From a virus, in IMG/VR virus record IMGVR_UViG_3300045988_127883, positions 1-64,000 of that record: DNA of 64,000 nucleotides. One strand, given 5' to 3'. A program made the translations under genes and the position numbers. The notes under the pieces are model-generated. The model saw nothing but the letters and a program-made list of their open reading frames with translations, was not told where the DNA came from and made no database searches. Shown here piece by piece: positions 36,920 to 47,597 of the stretch. Position 1 is the first letter of the stretch; each line of letters starts with the position of its first letter.

Positions 36920-37375
36920 TCATAAAATTAATTCGGTAAAGGGGCGGACATAACGTGGATTACTCCTTGTACTTGTATCCAAATGATCTCCTTGGATGTT
37001 TATATCATAATACCACGAATAGGTAAATTGTGTAGATTGAGTGGATGTCCACATTTTATTACTCATTATCGTACCTCCTACCATTAAAAGGCATTCGTTT
37101 ATTTCATTCGCATACAATGATATCAAAAAAAACTCTCCGGCGCCACCTACATATCCATTTTGACCATTTTTAAATAAATAGCTATTAGCTTTATTAAAAG
37201 CGTAATTTTCATTACTGGTATCATATTCAAGATACGCATTCTGATTTTCACGCCCCCAATAATCCTTTTTAACGGTCTCCATATAAGAACTATTTTGTGC
37301 AAATACATTGTCTACTCTTCCATCCTTACCCCAACGAAATGTGCCAATATATTCGGTGGCTATAACAAAACACAC
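36920..37375 (-). CDS. Paralogous small late protein (151 aa, GTG start). An upstream in-frame leader MRRRFQIGMGVNPSLIINKGIYI starts at 37540 and is separated from the body by an in-frame TAA at 37466-37468.
   Basis: Minus-strand translation done by hand. Same frame through leader, TAA and body. The leader is homologous to the one at 36915. Confidence 0.45.
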   Translation of the reverse strand: MCFVIATEYIGTFRWGKDGRVDNVFAQNSSYMETVKKDYWGRENQNAYLEYDTSNENYAFNKANSYLFKNGQNGYVGGAGEFFLISLYANEINECLLMVGGTIMSNKMWTSTQSTQFTYSWYYDINIQGDHLDTSTRSNPRYVRPFTELIL

Positions 37376-37745
37376 TTTATCTACAAGAGCTATTCCATTG
37401 CATAGATCATTGGAATATCCTTTATTAGACCAATTTTCTTTTGTATATAATCCTCCATCTACATGTTAGATGTATATGCCTTTATTGATTATAAGCGAGG
37501 GATTTACCCCCATCCCTATTTGAAATCTTCTTCTCATTTTTTTTGCAAGATACTATTTTTTTTTCATAACAAAAGAAACCGGTTCCCTATCATCTCTGAC
37601 TGAGAACCGGTAAGAAAACAATTTCAGAAAAAATAAACCTACAAACTTTTCAAGTAAGAACAAAAAACGTACAATCTACTCTTTGACGATGCTAATATAA
37701 CATATTGGAATCATACAAAAACAATGCAAGTCTGATATTCTTCGT

Positions 37746-40700
37746 CTATTCGTAGCTAACATCATCGTCTTCTTCCGAATCAGGAGTGGCGCCGATGAAG
37801 AACATCATTGACCTGTTGTTCGTCTGCTGCCACCAGTTATAGGCGCGTGCTACGTCTTCCGGCGTCTTAATGTTATACCATTGTTTGATAAACGTCTGTT
37901 TGGCGAGTTGCCTAAATAACTTAGACTCTCCTTTGTATGTGCCGGATGTTACTTTATCAAGTGAGTAATTCCTAAGATCAGTAAGATCCTTCAACTTCCG
38001 CCCCATGACAAGCGGGTCGTTAATGATATCTACAACGTTAAGCTCCATAATAAACGGCATCTGTGAAGCTATTTCGTTTATGGTTCTGAATCCGACATAG
38101 GATCCAAATTGAGTAAGCCAACTTTCTTCGTTTTCATCATCATCACGCCATCCGGCAAGAAGCATGGATACGGCTTGCATGATAAGGAACGTGCCGGCAT
38201 AGACACTGAGACGTTTTATATTGGTTTTCTCTACCTCATCCATATTGTCTTTATTTTCGTTCCAGGCATCTATGATGTTTTTCATACCAGACTCGGAAGC
38301 TAAGCTAAATGTTTTGGCTATCATATTCTTTAACGTAATTGACAGTCCTTCCTCTTCTTGCATTGTCTGGAAATTGAAGCCACGTCTTTTCCACAGACGT
38401 TGAGCCGCCAGCACCAACCATCCTCGGTGGGCGGTCATGAACCTGGCTATCCAGTTGCGCGATGCGGCAGTTCGGTTTTCTTCATTCAAAGATCCGTTAC
38501 ATATCTGCGACAAGCTACGAACTTGATTTCTGGTTATAGCCATCTGGGTTTCAACTTCCTCAACAGTAACACCCGATCCTGGCTTTACAACCACCTTCCC
38601 ATCCACGACGTCTACCATACTCCATAAAGTACGATCTTTTAATGCATTCCATTCTCTTTTTATGGTACTCTGTTCTTTATTACGTTCTTTTTCCATCTTG
38701 AAATCTTGGAACGTGTAGAACCGGCCTTTGTAATAACGAACATTGTCCATAGTAGCAATCATAACCTGCGGATCAAGAGGGTAGTTCAGGATTTCCATAA
38801 AAGCATACATAGGCGAACGCATTAAGGTCCTGGCCGCTCTATTGTATCCGGCACCATACATACGATTTCGGATATTGAATATCCCCATTCTCTCACCTAT
38901 GACATATAATTTGCTTTTCCTATCTATGTCTCCGGTTTCTGCTATACAAGATGGCGCAAGACGGGAAAACTCAGCCGATGCGTATTTAAGGGAATCTTTG
39001 CTTATATACTGTCCTACGGCTGATTCCATGATGAGGTTGATATGGCCGGTAAGGGCGCCGGTAGCTGCCACAAATGGAGACAGTGCCAAGTTCATGACCG
39101 ACATAAACCTTTCAACAGCCATCATAATTCTTGTAAGGTCTACCGTATATCCTCCGATGTTCACCGTAAGTTTTTTGGTGTTCATCCTAATGCCATAATA
39201 ATGATCGTTGAAGAAGTCCCTGAACATCTGATATGCTTGGGTTGCTTCAGCCTTTTTACCACCTTCAAATTGTTTATTTAGTAACATCTGCTCCAGTCCT
39301 TGAGCGAGCTCTATAGACTTCTGCTTTTCGTTGTATAACGATGACTGCATCATAAGCATCGAATAAGAGTAGCCAAAATCGTGAGATACATCATCTTGGT
39401 TCTCCAATTCATATATGTAGTATTTAGGTATAGACCTAAGCCTGTCTTCTGGATCATACACTTCTCCTTGCCTGGTCTTACCATATAGAGAATCGTCTAC
39501 TCTGTCCAGGCACAGATCTGATACAAAATTACGAACCGTATTTTTGAAGTTAATACCCAATCCTTCTACACGTTCTATATCTTGTTTGGATATCTGTGGA
39601 ATAGCATACAGGTTCGGGCTCTGCTCTTTGTATAGATCAAGGGATTGTCTTTTTATTTCCTTGAGTTTTTGAATCATATTCCACTGCTCTACGTTTTTAG
39701 TAGCAACCTCATTACCGTCAGCATCATACTTGATACCAAAGTCATTGAAATACGATTCGTCACGATACAGGCTTTTCTTAGGCATTCGATGACCATACCC
39801 ATGATCTTTTACATAATCAGGATTACGACCGCTATTTTCGGCTTCAGATTCAGCCACCCATGCCCTTGCAGGGTCGAAAGACAAGTACGATATGTCCATG
39901 CCATAATCTTGGGTGGATGTACCGTTTTGTACGTCCTTAACCATTTGCGCCACATCTATCTCACCTCGACCGATTTTGTCGATCATAGCTGCATATCCGG
40001 TAGGCGCCATGCGTTTATAGTACGAAAAAACCTGGCTTCTGGCAAATTCATTAACAATAGCATTAGCTTCTTCTACGCCCTCTTCTCTTGTATTATTTAA
40101 AAATAAGCTGGCCATCTTAGCATTAACAGCATTCCTGAAATCTCTACCGTCTAATTCTTTGCTTATACCAAGCTTTTCTGACAGGTAGTTGGTTTCAGAT
40201 ACGGTAAACAGATATCGGTTATCAGCAGCCTTAAACAGCTTATCCCTTAAAGCCTGAATCCTTTTTGCTTTCTTCGCCGTAGTATGACGTTGTACGAACT
40301 TCCATTCCACTTCCTTGGAGTCAGCAAGAGCATTTAAATAAGACTGATTTACTTCGTTTTCAGCCTTACTGCTTTTAGTAAGGTACTTATCAATATCTTC
40401 AAGACCCACCATCTTAGCATAATCTATCAAAATAGCGTAATCGGCTTCAATAGCTTCAGATGCGGCCCTAAAAGCATCTCTTTCGGATGAGGTAAATGTC
40501 GCTTCGTTAATTTCTCCGATATCAGCCACATCGCGATTGTTTCCGATTATTTCCTTGATAATAGCCTTATTTTTTTCTATATCTTTCACAATAGAATCCA
40601 CGTCAGTCGCATCTCTATCACTTGTCGTAGAACTAATGATATCATGCGCCATTTTAAGATACGAAGCCTTGTTATTTGATCTGGTACGTGCCGACTGTTC

Positions 40701-43700
40701 TGATTCTACATCATTCCAAAACCGATCGTTGAATGACAGGTGACCTCCCAACATAAGTGTCTTCAGCGCAGCTTCTCCTCCAGACTCGCTCTGAATCGTT
40801 CTTAATTTTTGCAAAAACGATTCTGATACGGCATTAGTGGCATTATTTGATTCCTTTCTCCAAACTTCATTTATAGCTTGTATTTCTTTGGCCATCTTAA
40901 GTTGGTCGCCGGTTTTTTCCACTCTCCTGGTTCCTACATATATGTATTCTGAAGCTGCTTCCTTACGTTGTTTACGAAGCAGTCCTTCTTCTTCGTAATT
41001 GCTGCTTTTAAAATAGGCAACCTCATCAAAATTACCACCGCTATCAATAAAAGGCTGCCTCAATATCCGTTTTTGCCGGGATAGGGCATTAAGATATTCT
41101 TTGGTTGTTTGAGAAACCGGATACCCTAATTCTTCTTCAGCCTTTTTGTATATGGATTCCATTCTTGTGGCATAACTTTCGCTAAATTCCAGTTCCGAAT
41201 TTTCAGCATCCCACTTTTCCATCTGCTCTGTATAGATCTTTTCCTGCTCGATGGTAAAAATATCGGTATTAACTCTATCAGACGATGGTTTGAATTTAGC
41301 GTTTTCAGTAACCGTATTTCCATCCTTGTCAACTACTTCTCTTTTAAATACGTAATTACGGTTATTGTCAACCACATCACCAATTTCTTCTTCTGATATC
41401 TCTATGTTCATGGCAGTCGCAAACGCTCGCATCTGCGCCAGCTTCTTATTACGATCGTATTTAGCCATATCAAGAGCACTACGAAGATAATTAGAAGTTT
41501 TGCCGTCTACTTTCTGAAGCAGTTTTTCAAATTCAGATTTGTTAAAACCATGCTTTTTAGCATATGCCAGGAAGTCGGATATGGCGGGCTGGGCATTCAC
41601 CATCGCATTGTAATTGTCTTTGGCAATCATAGCTCCAAGAGCGTTATTGAACGGGCTGGAAGAATGCTCTAATATACCAAACCACCTACTTATCCAAGAA
41701 ACATCGTGTTGAACCTTGTCAAAAAATTCTTTTACTCTCTTTACCTTATCTGCCGGCACATGAAGTTCGTTCATTAACTTATCAAGCAACGTACTTTCAT
41801 CAAGGTCTTGTACTGATTTAATATCAGACTGAATACCATTGATGTCGGCAATGACGGTATTGATCCTATTTGTATAATCCTGCTTTTCACGTTCATCAAA
41901 TTCGGTACTTCTGTTACGGATATATCCTCGAAGATCGTTCATGATCGGAAGAACCTGATTGTTGATAATATCTACGTTATTTCGATCATTGGTATTGAAG
42001 TGAAGCTTACCGTCTTTGGTATCACCATGAAGGATGGTGTTCACCACATTACTTAAGTATCTGACCTGAGCTTCGGCTGTGGAGATCATGCTGTTCATGG
42101 CAGCCGCCATCTCATTCTTGTCTATTTCGGTCTCTACCTTATTTATCTTATCTTCTATGGTCTTAAGCTGCGCAAGGGTCATAGACGTAGTTACAGCCCT
42201 ATCAGAGCTTATCTGACGTAAGTCTCTTAATGTTTTTCTTAGTGATCTGATCTTAGACTCAAGAAACTTGTTCTTGTTCATAGAAGAAAGGGAGTATAAT
42301 GTAAAATCATTATCCTTTAACAGAGAGGTATCAAATCCTTTATCTATGTCGGTAATAGCAAGATCACGAATGTTTTTAATAACGTTATTCAAATCTTGTC
42401 TTTGGGTAGATAAAGCTGATTTAAGCCAGCTTACGATTCCAGAGAGAAGCTGCCGGACGCGCCCCAGGAAGGAGGTGGGCTCTACCGGCGCCTGTGCTGT
42501 GCCGGTCTGCATCTCCCTGGCGAGGATCTTTCCAAGAATTTCCCTCCTAACAGCATTATCAAGCTCGGCTCCTTCATATACTTTACCGTATGTATTATAA
42601 TACTGACCTGCATACTGGTTCCACTCTTCTGTGCCTTCTACATCTTGCAGAATAGCCTCAACAGCATTCTGATCTCTGTATGCCTCTACAAGGAAGTGGG
42701 CTGTTTCTTCTACTAAATCAGATAAAGTAGCATCTTCACCAACTGCTATTACGTTATTGGCAATATCCGCCAATGCCTTAGCAGAAGGTTCGTGCCCGTA
42801 TTTGGTTTGATACTTCTCTATATAGTCGGTCATACCTATGACACTAACGCCCAGCGTTTTTAATATCTCTACAATAGAATTTCGTTGGTCACGTTCCTGC
42901 CTGCTATAATCCGATACGATCTTAGCTTTAGCATCAGCATAAAGATCGTTGTCTTCTAATATGAATGAAACTACAAGCGCATCAAAATGATCGTACTTAG
43001 CATCCAATTCATTGTATCTTCCTGACTTGAGATCGTTCTTTATCTGCTCCTTGCTAATCCTCTCCGTTCCTCCGGTGGCGAGCCTCATAGTTACCTTACT
43101 ATTATCCAACGAGCTTATGGTTATCATACCTTGGTCGTTCATGGAAACATCGGAACCAAAATGATTACGGAGCTCGGTGTAGGATAATGCTGAATTGAAA
43201 AGTCTAATTTGTCCTGTATGTCCTTCTCCTGTAAGATAATAGCTCCTTGTTTCAGGATCGAATATCTTGGATCCGGACAAAAGACCTTTCTTTATAAGGT
43301 AGTTAATTATCCCGCCTTTCGTTGATAAAGAAGTAGAAGCAGAAGCGGTCATGACCGGTATAAAAGACTTGGGATTATTAAGAACATACTTTCCAGCCTT
43401 GTAAGTAATGTCTGCCACGCCATCCACGGCAGATTCTTGAACGGTGCCGGATAAGAATCCTATTCTAATATCATTCCCTCCAGAGCGAAGAGCTTCTCCG
43501 TAATCTTCAAATAATTGACTACGATCGTTCATGAAAAACAAACGAGGCTCTCCAGTCTGATACGTTACACCCACAGGATTAGAATCTGTCTGTGGTAACT
43601 CTTCTGGGCTAAATATCTTAAGACCGTCTTTTATAACCATATAATTAACACCCTTATCCTGTACCATAGATACGGGGGTGAAGTCCGAAGATATAGTATC

Positions 43701-44168
43701 TTGTAGATACTGACCGGCGTCTATTCCAGGTCCTTCCGGTACGGAAATACTTGACGGAACCATAGCATCCACCAACATAATATTATCACCCAGATCTTGG
43801 CTGTAGAATCCAAAGCCCGATTCTCGGATTTCATAAGGTGCATCTGATTTTGACACAAGAACAGGATTACTCATCTTAGAAGCCTTATCCAGCACCCTTT
43901 CTCTATAGGCTTCCGGAATAAGATCGATGTTGGATTTTACCTTATTATAAGCCGGTTTGTTGATAGGCACTCTCTTTCTCCAGTCGCCAAAAGCCTTTAA
44001 GAACTTATTAGAAAATACGGTTTTAAAAACAGTAGTAGCCCGCTCCCTATTTTCCATAAGAGGAATAGATGCTATTTTATCAAACAACATAGACCTGTCC
44101 CCTGATCTGGTAGAGACAGAAACAACTTTCTTTTTATTATCTCTTTTAATAATACACGTTGACGCCAT
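37746..44168 (-). CDS. Giant virion-associated protein (2140 aa). It is a putative structural, ejection or tail protein with no recognisable catalytic motif.
   Basis: Single uninterrupted 6.4-kb ORF. Flanked by minus-strand terminators (about 37570-37603 and 44220-44256). Confidence 0.7.
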   Translation of the reverse strand: MASTCIIKRDNKKKVVSVSTRSGDRSMLFDKIASIPLMENRERATTVFKTVFSNKFLKAFGDWRKRVPINKPAYNKVKSNIDLIPEAYRERVLDKASKMSNPVLVSKSDAPYEIRESGFGFYSQDLGDNIMLVDAMVPSSISVPEGPGIDAGQYLQDTISSDFTPVSMVQDKGVNYMVIKDGLKIFSPEELPQTDSNPVGVTYQTGEPRLFFMNDRSQLFEDYGEALRSGGNDIRIGFLSGTVQESAVDGVADITYKAGKYVLNNPKSFIPVMTASASTSLSTKGGIINYLIKKGLLSGSKIFDPETRSYYLTGEGHTGQIRLFNSALSYTELRNHFGSDVSMNDQGMITISSLDNSKVTMRLATGGTERISKEQIKNDLKSGRYNELDAKYDHFDALVVSFILEDNDLYADAKAKIVSDYSRQERDQRNSIVEILKTLGVSVIGMTDYIEKYQTKYGHEPSAKALADIANNVIAVGEDATLSDLVEETAHFLVEAYRDQNAVEAILQDVEGTEEWNQYAGQYYNTYGKVYEGAELDNAVRREILGKILAREMQTGTAQAPVEPTSFLGRVRQLLSGIVSWLKSALSTQRQDLNNVIKNIRDLAITDIDKGFDTSLLKDNDFTLYSLSSMNKNKFLESKIRSLRKTLRDLRQISSDRAVTTSMTLAQLKTIEDKINKVETEIDKNEMAAAMNSMISTAEAQVRYLSNVVNTILHGDTKDGKLHFNTNDRNNVDIINNQVLPIMNDLRGYIRNRSTEFDEREKQDYTNRINTVIADINGIQSDIKSVQDLDESTLLDKLMNELHVPADKVKRVKEFFDKVQHDVSWISRWFGILEHSSSPFNNALGAMIAKDNYNAMVNAQPAISDFLAYAKKHGFNKSEFEKLLQKVDGKTSNYLRSALDMAKYDRNKKLAQMRAFATAMNIEISEEEIGDVVDNNRNYVFKREVVDKDGNTVTENAKFKPSSDRVNTDIFTIEQEKIYTEQMEKWDAENSELEFSESYATRMESIYKKAEEELGYPVSQTTKEYLNALSRQKRILRQPFIDSGGNFDEVAYFKSSNYEEEGLLRKQRKEAASEYIYVGTRRVEKTGDQLKMAKEIQAINEVWRKESNNATNAVSESFLQKLRTIQSESGGEAALKTLMLGGHLSFNDRFWNDVESEQSARTRSNNKASYLKMAHDIISSTTSDRDATDVDSIVKDIEKNKAIIKEIIGNNRDVADIGEINEATFTSSERDAFRAASEAIEADYAILIDYAKMVGLEDIDKYLTKSSKAENEVNQSYLNALADSKEVEWKFVQRHTTAKKAKRIQALRDKLFKAADNRYLFTVSETNYLSEKLGISKELDGRDFRNAVNAKMASLFLNNTREEGVEEANAIVNEFARSQVFSYYKRMAPTGYAAMIDKIGRGEIDVAQMVKDVQNGTSTQDYGMDISYLSFDPARAWVAESEAENSGRNPDYVKDHGYGHRMPKKSLYRDESYFNDFGIKYDADGNEVATKNVEQWNMIQKLKEIKRQSLDLYKEQSPNLYAIPQISKQDIERVEGLGINFKNTVRNFVSDLCLDRVDDSLYGKTRQGEVYDPEDRLRSIPKYYIYELENQDDVSHDFGYSYSMLMMQSSLYNEKQKSIELAQGLEQMLLNKQFEGGKKAEATQAYQMFRDFFNDHYYGIRMNTKKLTVNIGGYTVDLTRIMMAVERFMSVMNLALSPFVAATGALTGHINLIMESAVGQYISKDSLKYASAEFSRLAPSCIAETGDIDRKSKLYVIGERMGIFNIRNRMYGAGYNRAARTLMRSPMYAFMEILNYPLDPQVMIATMDNVRYYKGRFYTFQDFKMEKERNKEQSTIKREWNALKDRTLWSMVDVVDGKVVVKPGSGVTVEEVETQMAITRNQVRSLSQICNGSLNEENRTAASRNWIARFMTAHRGWLVLAAQRLWKRRGFNFQTMQEEEGLSITLKNMIAKTFSLASESGMKNIIDAWNENKDNMDEVEKTNIKRLSVYAGTFLIMQAVSMLLAGWRDDDENEESWLTQFGSYVGFRTINEIASQMPFIMELNVVDIINDPLVMGRKLKDLTDLRNYSLDKVTSGTYKGESKLFRQLAKQTFIKQWYNIKTPEDVARAYNWWQQTNNRSMMFFIGATPDSEEDDDVSYE

Positions 44169-44219
44169 AAGAATTTATTTTGTTTTGACACAAAGGTAAT
44201 TAAAAATCAGGCACATGAT

Positions 44220-44256
44220 AAAAACAAAGCCGTCTAACTTCCCAGTCTGACGGCTT
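44220..44256 (-). terminator. Minus-strand terminator hairpin (aagccgtc...gacggctt) followed by a T-run on the minus strand.
   Basis: Read directly. Confidence 0.45.
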
Positions 44257-44308
44257 AATATACATATGAAAAAATAATTATAATCTGACGTAAATCGTCA
44301 AGTTACGC

Positions 44309-44632
44309 TTACGCATTATATTTGTACCCATTTCTATGAATAAACCTTCCTGATTCGAACCTTTCCACATCATCCGGTCCAATAGGTCCGCAGTCTTCCC
44401 TCCTTGCCTCATACCACAGCCCCGGCTTACGGAGCCGGCAGGTTATGACGTATTTAAAGCAGTTGTGAGTAAAATGGAATACGGAGCCTACTGGGAAATA
44501 CCTGGTAGTTTGAAACACTATTCTTTTTCGTTTAGTATCAAACACTATATCTCCTACTACCTTAGCCACGTAATAGCTTCTGCCATTTAACGTTTCATCT
44601 GTTTGTGGTATCCAATAATAACCTCTTGCCAT
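44309..44632 (-). CDS. Hypothetical protein (107 aa).
   Basis: Intact ORF. Confidence 0.4.
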   Translation of the reverse strand: MARGYYWIPQTDETLNGRSYYVAKVVGDIVFDTKRKRIVFQTTRYFPVGSVFHFTHNCFKYVITCRLRKPGLWYEARREDCGPIGPDDVERFESGRFIHRNGYKYNA

Positions 44633-44661
44633 AACGCAAATATATGAAAAAGTCAGATAAC

Positions 44662-44982
44662 TTACGTACCCGACTTCATTATTTGTTTAAATAGACCAGT
44701 TCCGTCTATTATAATATGACCGTTTCTCATGCGGTCATTATTTGGGTTATAGAGAAAGTTAAGACCATCCACTTTCTCTTGTTTTTCAAAAGAGTTGATA
44801 TCCTTTCCTCTACTTGCCCTATCAAAAGCCTTCTTAAACAATTTGCCTCTGAAAGTCATAATAATCTTTCTGGTAGCGCTATTCCCGGCTCTTACCATTA
44901 CTTTCCTTGCCTGGTCTTCCGAGACAAAACTGCTTCGAAAAATATACGATGCTGCTGCTTGTATGTCCTGCTTGGTGATCAT
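44662..44982 (-). CDS. Hypothetical protein (106 aa).
   Basis: Intact ORF. Confidence 0.4.
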   Translation of the reverse strand: MITKQDIQAAASYIFRSSFVSEDQARKVMVRAGNSATRKIIMTFRGKLFKKAFDRASRGKDINSFEKQEKVDGLNFLYNPNNDRMRNGHIIIDGTGLFKQIMKSGT

Positions 44983-45133
44983 ATGATAAACATTTCTTTC
45001 AAGATACTGATATTTATTGCGTATATCAGTTTTATTTCATCTTTATTATATACGTCAAAAAAGGATTTACTTAAGTCCTTTGAATCTTCGCTCAATTGAA
45101 TTATGCAATTACCAGTTTGACATACTCCCATCG

Positions 45134-46008
45134 CTAAAGCGAATGGGATTCTTGGATACAAGCGCAAGAAACCCCGATATTACTATCGTTGGAATTACTC
45201 TTGCTCTCCAATTCGGAAATGCCCTTCCGAAGTATATTACGGGCTGCAAGAACATCACGGTCGTTAATCGCTCCGCACGCTGGGCACACCCACGTGCGGT
45301 CGCGTAACGACAGACCTTTATTAATGCAGCCACATTCACAAGTTTTGGAAGAAGGATACCATTTGTCAATCTTGTGTATCGTTACTCCATACTTTGAAGC
45401 AACATACATTAGTTTGTCAATAAAAGAAGAATGACTGAGATCAGAAACTTTCTTTCCCCACAAACGTTTCATTCCTTCAATGTTTAGATCTTCAATAAAA
45501 ATATAATCATACTGTTTGCATAAATCATGAGCTAATTTCCATTGAAAATCCGATCGAAGATCGTTTATTTTACGATACGCTTGTTGTAGTTCAAACAGTC
45601 TCCTTCTCCTATTATTGGATCCTTTCTTTGCATTAGAAAACCGTTTGTTTAGTTTTCTAATCTTGTTTTGATATTGTTTGAAGAATAGTGGAGACCCAAT
45701 TTTGCTACCATCACTTTTAGTTAAATAAGTTTTTAGTCCAAAATCCAATCCGATAGATGCACCATCATGTGTCTTTCTATAAGAGCTTATAGGATTATGA
45801 TCTGTAACTATAATCAAACTAAAACGGGAACAGGTTTCTCTAACTATTCTAATTTGTTTAACATTACCTTCGTAGACTCTACTGTATGAGAATCTAAATC
45901 GTTTTTTCCTTTGTTAATTGTTAGACAATTACCATTTAGGGTAAACCCTCCTTGTTTGAAAACAAATTCGCCACCGTATCTTTTATTAGCCAATTCTTCT
46001 ACGGTCAT
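45134..46008 (-). pseudogene. tnpB: TnpB-like (IS200/IS605 OrfB, RuvC-type OMEGA nuclease) remnant. It lacks most of the N-terminal REC/WED region and is frameshifted at an A6 run.
   Basis: C-terminal 227-aa ORF with RuvC-I IGLDFGLK, RuvC-II IFIEDLNIEGM, zinc finger CECGC...CPACG and RuvC-III INDRDVLAARNI. An upstream ATG at 46008 gives MTVEELANKRYGGEFVFKQGGFTLNGNCLTINKGK, then an A6 run; the +1 frame continues KRFRFSYSRVYEGNVKQIRIVRETCSRFSLIIVTD (WED-like) into the RuvC domain. Confidence 0.6.
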
Positions 46009-46232
46009 AATCTGTCCCCTCCTAATCCTGAATTGATGCTAACATACTTGACACGGACATCATTTCCACGTCCAAGCTGACCCCAGCCGGGCGATGGCGT
46101 TCCCTTAGCCGGAGCAGGGACAGCCCTAAGCCGAGACCAGTCCTGCTTTTGCCTCATGACTTCAGCCTCTTTGTAATACCGGTTACACAGTTCTTGATCT
46201 TCGTAACCAACGTAATCTTCCTTATTTTCCAT
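46005..46232 (-). CDS. Hypothetical small protein (75 aa). Its 3' end overlaps the TnpB remnant start.
   Basis: Intact ORF. Confidence 0.3.
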   Translation of the reverse strand: MENKEDYVGYEDQELCNRYYKEAEVMRQKQDWSRLRAVPAPAKGTPSPGWGQLGRGNDVRVKYVSINSGLGGDRL

Positions 46233-46303
46233 AAAAAATACTTTTTCAACAAAAGTACGACATTCATGAATTAATTAGATTTAAAATAAAACAATATGAA
46301 TTA

Positions 46304-46337
46304 AAATAAAAACCCGATACGTTAAAATCGCATCGGG
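46304..46337 (-). terminator. Minus-strand terminator. It has a 9-bp stem cccgatacg/cgcatcggg with 1 mismatch, followed by a T-run on the minus strand.
   Basis: Read directly. Confidence 0.4.
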
Positions 46338-46703
46338 CCCGGTATTGAAAAAAAAAATAGGTTCAGATCTTGGGTAAAGATTCGAGCCAATTTTTAACAT
46401 CTTTATATTTAGGGTCTTTGTCTATTCTATCTTTCAGTTCATGCAATGCTGAGTCCATAACCGTATTCGGTACGCCAATCAACTCTCCTATTAAATACAA
46501 GGGGGTTTTATTCGATTTAGATTCATGTGCTATATTCATATCCCAAAAAAAGTTATGTGAAACAAACCGGCCACGGGTATTCTATTGCCCGCCGACCGGT
46601 ATAATATTTTTATTCCTTTTTTTCCAAACGGGAAAAACGGGAATGCGGGAATCATATTTTTTACTATGGCTCCCGCACCACCGGAAGGACCTGGATCTGG
46701 ATC

Positions 46704-46997
46704 TCAGGTCAGATCCTTCCAGTTTATTTTTTCGCCGAGGTAATCTTGCACGGCAAGCCATCTTATAAAGGCTACTCCTTCGGGAGCATCCGGATCATCC
46801 AAATACATTAACGTAGCTTTCACCAACTCGTTCTCACATTTGAAGACCTTCGGAAAACCATCCGAATAGTACATTGCAAAGACATATTGGACATCGCCCC
46901 ATGTCGCTTTATCCGGCTTCTTCGCTCCGCACTTTTCAAAAATATCTTTTATTTCCGGCTGCTTCCAGATCCTCTTGGATCCATCGACGTTGACCAT
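46704..46997 (-). CDS. Hypothetical protein (97 aa).
   Basis: Intact ORF. Confidence 0.4.
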   Translation of the reverse strand: MVNVDGSKRIWKQPEIKDIFEKCGAKKPDKATWGDVQYVFAMYYSDGFPKVFKCENELVKATLMYLDDPDAPEGVAFIRWLAVQDYLGEKINWKDLT

Positions 46998-47090
46998 CTT
47001 CTTTACCGCCTCATCAGCGAGAGCATTAGAAAAATGGTAGCCGTAAGTATCTACATATTTCTGATAAGCTGGATCCTCTGCGTCTGCTCC

Positions 47091-47459
47091 TCAATAAGAA
47101 CGACCTCTGCCACGTCCGCGACCTCTACGCATCTGAGGTCCGTCACCGTAGTATCTGTCGTCTCCATAGTAATCGGTCGGGTAGGATTCGTAACCCATCC
47201 TCCGGTATTCCCGGTCCTCCATTTCATGACGACGTTCGCGCTCTTCAAGCCTTCTTTCCCTTTCTTCCAGCTCGTTTTCGCGTTCTTCCATTTCCTTCAT
47301 CTTCTCATGCATACCGTAATGGTCGTAAATACCACCACCGTACCCCATGTACGTCCCATCAGAACGCCGGCTTCTGCCTCTGCCTCCACCTCGTCTGTCT
47401 TCTATCTCGTCATATCCAGGATATTCTCTGTGTCCTGAATTTAAATCATATACTATCAT
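47091..47459 (-). CDS. Low-complexity protein with an RG/RGG-rich N-terminus and tail around an Glu/Arg-rich coiled-coil core (122 aa).
   Basis: Sequence EERENELEERERRLEERERRHEMEDRE is flanked by GGGRGRSRR and RRGRGRGRGRSY. Confidence 0.4.
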   Translation of the reverse strand: MIVYDLNSGHREYPGYDEIEDRRGGGRGRSRRSDGTYMGYGGGIYDHYGMHEKMKEMEERENELEERERRLEERERRHEMEDREYRRMGYESYPTDYYGDDRYYGDGPQMRRGRGRGRGRSY

Positions 47460-47597
47460 ATTACACTTATTTCAAACGTTCTACAATTAACTTCTTTAAA
47501 TCTTCGAATGAATCAGTAAGGTCATTCACCTTATTTTCTATACCAGCTATTTTACGATCCTGCTCTCTCGTTTGTTTGAATGCCGGATTGATGTCTT

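Noticed and set aside
37746-44168. The giant ORFs could be a crAss-like virion-packaged RNA polymerase.
   Set aside because: No DxDGD-type catalytic motif is found in either the 2140-aa or the 2238-aa protein.
46370-46768. Plus-strand 132-aa ORF in the minus-strand late block.
   Set aside because: It has a low-complexity hydrophobic, non-protein-like sequence, is antisense to minus-strand terminator and promoter elements, and is likely spurious.
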